Positions 28,204 through 32,000 of a stretch of DNA of 32,000 bases are shown one piece after another. The translations under genes were made by a program, and so were the position numbers. The DNA is taken from positions 60,001-92,000 of the forward strand of contig NC_000962.3 of the NCBI RefSeq assembly GCF_000195955.2. The letters are read 5' to 3'. The first letter of the stretch is position 1, and every line of letters begins with the position of its first letter. The notes below the pieces were generated by a model. That model was not told where the DNA came from, ran no database searches, and saw only the letters and a program-made list of their open reading frames with translations. The stretch is from Mycobacterium tuberculosis H37Rv (GTDB lineage Bacteria > Actinomycetota > Actinomycetes > Mycobacteriales > Mycobacteriaceae).

Positions 28204-29025
28204 GTGGAACCGAAACGCAGTCGCCTCGTCGTATGTGCACCCGAGCCATCGCACGCGCGGGAATTCCCGGATGTCGCCGTATTCTCCGGCGGCCGGGCTA
28301 ACGCATCCCAGGCCGAACGGTTGGCTCGTGCCGTGGGTCGCGTGTTGGCCGATCGGGGCGTCACCGGGGGTGCTCGGGTGCGGCTGACCATGGCGAACTG
28401 CGCCGATGGGCCGACGCTGGTGCAGATAAACCTGCAGGTAGGTGACACCCCATTAAGGGCGCAGGCCGCCACCGCGGGCATCGATGATCTGCGACCCGCA
28501 CTGATCAGACTGGATCGACAGATCGTGCGGGCGTCGGCACAGTGGTGCCCCCGGCCTTGGCCGGATCGGCCCCGCCGGCGATTGACCACGCCGGCCGAGG
28601 CGCTAGTCACCCGCCGCAAACCGGTCGTGCTAAGGCGCGCAACCCCGTTGCAGGCGATTGCCGCTATGGACGCCATGGACTACGACGTGCATTTGTTCAC
28701 CGACGCCGAGACGGGGGAGGACGCTGTGGTCTATCGGGCTGGACCGTCGGGGCTGCGGCTGGCCCGCCAGCACCACGTATTTCCCCCAGGATGGTCACGT
28801 TGTCGCGCCCCAGCCGGGCCGCCGGTGCCGCTGATTGTGAATTCGCGTCCGACACCGGTTCTCACGGAGGCCGCCGCGGTGGACCGGGCGCGCGAACATG
28901 GACTGCCATTCCTGTTTTTCACCGACCAGGCCACCGGCCGCGGCCAGCTGCTCTACTCCCGCTACGACGGCAACCTCGGGTTGATCACCCCGACCGGTGA
29001 CGGCGTTGCCGACGGTCTGGCATGA
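28204..29025 (+). CDS. Dormancy-associated translation inhibitor-like protein (Rv0079/DATIN)
   Basis: 273 aa from GTG 28204 ([17 protein letters not shown]...). The upstream extension of the ORF is low-complexity. Confidence 0.85.
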
Positions 29026-29480
29026 GCCCGGGCTCGCGGCGCGCCAGCCCGCAAAGCGCCCGGGAGGTGGTCGAGCTCGACCGTGACGAGGCGATGCGGT
29101 TGCTGGCCAGCGTTGACCATGGGCGTGTGGTGTTCACCCGCGCGGCGCTGCCGGCGATCCGTCCAGTCAATCACCTCGTGGTCGACGGTCGGGTGATCGG
29201 GCGCACCCGCCTGACGGCCAAGGTGTCCGTTGCGGTGCGATCGAGCGCCGATGCCGGTGTCGTGGTCGCCTACGAAGCCGACGACCTTGATCCGCGGCGT
29301 CGGACGGGGTGGAGTGTGGTGGTGACGGGACTGGCGACCGAGGTCAGCGATCCCGAGCAGGTTGCCCGCTACCAGCGGCTGCTACACCCGTGGGTGAACA
29401 TGGCGATGGACACCGTGGTCGCGATCGAACCCGAGATCGTCACCGGCATCCGCATCGTTGCTGACTCGCGTACGCCGTAG
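29022..29480 (+). CDS. Pyridoxamine 5'-phosphate oxidase-like flavin-binding protein (Rv0080-like)
   Basis: 152 aa with [37 protein letters not shown]; ATGA overlap with the previous gene. Confidence 0.85.
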
Positions 29481-29574
29481 CCGATTGGCCGCGGGCGGCC
29501 CGCACGCATCCGCACTATCTGATAAATTCTTCAACTCGTCAACCGATGTAACGCTGAAGCTCTCAGGAGACGCG

Positions 29575-29919
29575 GTGGAGTCCGAACCGCTGTACAAGCT
29601 CAAGGCGGAGTTCTTCAAAACCCTTGCGCATCCGGCGCGGATCAGGATTTTGGAGCTGCTGGTCGAGCGGGACCGTTCGGTCGGTGAGTTGCTGTCCTCG
29701 GACGTCGGCCTGGAGTCGTCGAACCTGTCCCAGCAGCTGGGTGTGCTACGCCGGGCGGGTGTTGTCGCGGCACGTCGTGACGGCAACGCGATGATCTATT
29801 CGATTGCCGCACCCGATATCGCCGAGCTGCTGGCGGTGGCACGCAAGGTGCTGGCCAGGGTGCTCAGCGACCGGGTGGCGGTGCTAGAGGACCTCCGCGC
29901 CGGCGGCTCGGCCACGTAA
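29575..29919 (+). CDS. ArsR/SmtB-family transcriptional regulator (Rv0081-like)
   Basis: 114 aa with LKAEFFKTLAHPARIRILELLVERDRSVGELLSSDVGLESSNLSQQLGVLRRAGVVAARRDGNAMIYSI. Confidence 0.94.
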   Translation: MESEPLYKLKAEFFKTLAHPARIRILELLVERDRSVGELLSSDVGLESSNLSQQLGVLRRAGVVAARRDGNAMIYSIAAPDIAELLAVARKVLARVLSDRVAVLEDLRAGGSAT

Positions 29920-29923
29920 CGCC

Positions 29924-30403
29924 ATGGGTTGGGTTGCCAAGATTTTCCGTGTTGGCCGGGTGGTCGAGCCCGCGGCCCCCTTACCGGCGGCGATAGCCGA
30001 ACCACCCGCCGGGGTACGGGGTTCGCTGCAGATCCGACATGTTGACGCGGGTTCGTGCAACGGGTGTGAGGTGGAGATTTCGGGCGCCTTTGGCCCGGTG
30101 TATGACGCGGAGCGGTTCGGGGCGCGGCTGGTCGCCTCGCCCCGACACGCCGATGCGTTGTTGGTGACCGGCGTGGTCACGCACAACATGGCCGGCCCAC
30201 TGCGCAAGACCCTGGAGGCCACGCCGCGCCCGCGGGTGGTAATCGCGTGCGGGGATTGCGCGCTGAACCGGGGGGTGTTCGCCGACGCCTACGGCGTGGT
30301 CGGTGCGGTCGGCGAGGTGGTACCCGTCGACGTCGAGATCGCCGGCTGCCCGCCGACACCCGCGGCCATCATGGCGGCGCTGCGATCGGTGACCGGGAAA
30401 TGA
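29924..30403 (+). CDS. Small subunit of a hydrogenase-3/complex I-type oxidoreductase (NuoB/HycG-like)
   Basis: 159 aa with RHVDAGSCNGCEVEISGAFGPVYDAERFG, IACGDCALNRG and EIAGCPPTP Fe-S ligand motifs. Confidence 0.92.
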   Translation: MGWVAKIFRVGRVVEPAAPLPAAIAEPPAGVRGSLQIRHVDAGSCNGCEVEISGAFGPVYDAERFGARLVASPRHADALLVTGVVTHNMAGPLRKTLEATPRPRVVIACGDCALNRGVFADAYGVVGAVGEVVPVDVEIAGCPPTPAAIMAALRSVTGK

Positions 30404-32000
30404 CCGCTGCACCGACGGCCGGCGGGGTCGTCACTTCGGGCGTGGGCGTTGCCGGGGTCGGCGTGGGGTTGCTGGGCATGTTTGGACCGGTGCGTGTAGT
30501 GCACGTCGGTTGGCTGCTTCCGCTGTCCGGCGTGCACATCGAGCTCGACCGGTTGGGCGGATTCTTCATGGCGCTCACGGGCGCGGTAGCGGCTCCGGTC
30601 GGTTGTTACCTGATCGGCTACGTGCGCCGTGAACACCTCGGTCGGGTCCCGATGGCGGTGGTGCCGCTGTTCGTCGCGGCGATGCTGTTGGTGCCGGCCG
30701 CGGGCTCGGTGACGACGTTTCTGCTGGCGTGGGAGCTGATGGCGATCGCGTCGCTGATCCTGGTGCTCTCCGAGCACGCCCGCCCGCAGGTCCGCTCGGC
30801 GGGCCTGTGGTACGCCGTGATGACTCAGCTGGGATTCATCGCAATCCTGGTCGGGCTGGTGGTGTTGGCGGCGGCCGGGGGTTCCGACCGGTTCGCCGGC
30901 CTCGGGGCAGTCTGCGACGGGGTCCGCGCCGCCGTATTTATGCTCACGCTGGTCGGGTTTGGTTCGAAGGCGGGCCTGGTGCCACTGCACGCCTGGCTGC
31001 CGCGGGCCCACCCGGAGGCGCCGAGCCCGGTGTCGGCGTTGATGAGCGCGGCGATGGTCAACCTGGGCATCTACGGCATCGTCCGTTTCGATCTGCAGCT
31101 GCTGGGGCCGGGCCCACGCTGGTGGGGGCTTGCGCTGCTGGCCGTGGGCGGCACGTCCGCGCTGTATGGGGTGCTGCAGGCTTCGGTGGCCGCCGATCTC
31201 AAACGGCTGCTGGCCTATTCGACGACCGAGAACATGGGCCTGATCACGCTGGCGCTCGGTGCGGCAACACTTTTCGCGGATACCGGAGCCTACGGGCCGG
31301 CGTCGATCGCCGCCGCCGCAGCGATGCTGCACATGATTGCGCACGCGGCGTTTAAGAGCCTCGCCTTCATGGCGGCCGGATCTGTGCTGGCCGCGACCGG
31401 GCTGCGCGACCTGGACCTGCTCGGCGGGCTGGCCCGCCGAATGCCGGCGACCACCGTCTTTTTCGGGGTGGCCGCACTGGGCGCATGTGGTCTGCCGTTG
31501 GGCGCCGGGTTTGTCAGTGAGTGGCTGCTGGTCCAGTCGTTGATCCACGCTGCCCCCGGACACGACCCCATCGTGGCGCTGACGACACCGCTGGCGGTCG
31601 GCGTGGTCGCACTGGCCACCGGTCTGAGCGTGGCGGCGATGACCAAGGCCTTCGGGATCGGGTTTCTCGCCCGTCCCCGCTCCACCCAAGCCGAAGCGGC
31701 GCGTGAGGCGCCGGCCAGCATGCGCGCCGGCATGGCGATCGCGGCGGGCGCCTGCCTGGTGCTGGCGGTGGCACCGCTGCTGGTCGCACCCATGGTGCGG
31801 CGGGCCGCCGCGACGCTGCCGGCCGCTCAGGCGGTCAAGTTCACCGGTCTGGGCGCCGTGGTGCGGCTGCCCGCGATGTCCGGGTCGATCGCGCCCGGCG
31901 TGATCGCCGCCGCTGTGCTCGCCGCGGCGTTGGCGGTAGCCGTCCTCGCGCGGTGGCGTTTCCGCCGGCGCCCGGCGCCGGCCAGGTTGCCGCTGTGGGC
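30400..32000 (+). CDS. NuoL/M/HyfB-like proton-translocating membrane subunit, truncated by the window end
   Basis: ATG 30400 overlaps the previous stop (ATGA) and the frame is open to 32000. LVGFGSKAGLVPLHAWLPRAHPEAPSPVSALMSAAMVNLGIYGIVRF and LKRLLAYSTTENMGLI are canonical antiporter-like motifs. Confidence 0.95.
   Translation, partial: MTAAPTAGGVVTSGVGVAGVGVGLLGMFGPVRVVHVGWLLPLSGVHIELDRLGGFFMALTGAVAAPVGCYLIGYVRREHLGRVPMAVVPLFVAAMLLVPAAGSVTTFLLAWELMAIASLILVLSEHARPQVRSAGLWYAVMTQLGFIAILVGLVVLAAAGGSDRFAGLGAVCDGVRAAVFMLTLVGFGSKAGLVPLHAWLPRAHPEAPSPVSALMSAAMVNLGIYGIVRFDLQLLGPGPRWWGLALLAVGGTSALYGVLQASVAADLKRLLAYSTTENMGLITLALGAATLFADTGAYGPASIAAAAAMLHMIAHAAFKSLAFMAAGSVLAATGLRDLDLLGGLARRMPATTVFFGVAALGACGLPLGAGFVSEWLLVQSLIHAAPGHDPIVALTTPLAVGVVALATGLSVAAMTKAFGIGFLARPRSTQAEAAREAPASMRAGMAIAAGACLVLAVAPLLVAPMVRRAAATLPAAQAVKFTGLGAVVRLPAMSGSIAPGVIAAAVLAAALAVAVLARWRFRRRPAPARLPLW

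Noticed and set aside
30289-31689. 466-aa minus-strand ORF near the window end
   Set aside because: The plus strand encodes canonical NuoL/HyfB motifs. The antisense translation is Arg/Gln/His-rich low-complexity shadow.

Overview
The window is high-GC mycobacterial chromosome. Gene content and order match the Mycobacterium tuberculosis complex from the 3' end of Rv0057 through dnaB (Rv0058) to the start of the Rv0081-Rv0083 hydrogenase-like operon. From memory, ORF coordinates match H37Rv minus 60,000; locus names come from recall, not a search. Main contents are: (1) dnaB with an in-frame 416-aa intein carrying degenerate LAGLIDADG-type blocks; (2) a darT/darG DNA ADP-ribosylation toxin-antitoxin pair behind dnaB, preceded by an unlisted 45-aa ORF that overlaps the darT start (ATGA); (3) vapBC1 and a MenAT/AbiEii-type pair; (4) a GH6 cellulase, a BBE-type flavoprotein, icd2, an SDR with a divergent TetR, and sdaA/glyA2; (5) a tandem glycine riboswitch, absent from the ORF track, upstream of glyA2-sdaA on the minus strand; (6) a mobile-element wreck around Rv0071, consisting of a near-consensus LexA box, a 9-bp in-frame tandem repeat, an internally deleted group II intron RT, a 34-nt group II domain V-like hairpin, and an HNH/13E12-type C-terminal fragment; (7) an ABC permease, an ABC-ATPase fused to a cyclic-nucleotide-binding domain, an amidohydrolase and a PLP enzyme; (8) a DosR-type box upstream of Rv0079-Rv0080, then Rv0081 and complex I/hydrogenase-like genes running off the end. 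Most protein systems here belong to known families. The least obvious sequence-level observations are the intron/HNH remnant architecture, the ORF upstream of darT, and the riboswitch.
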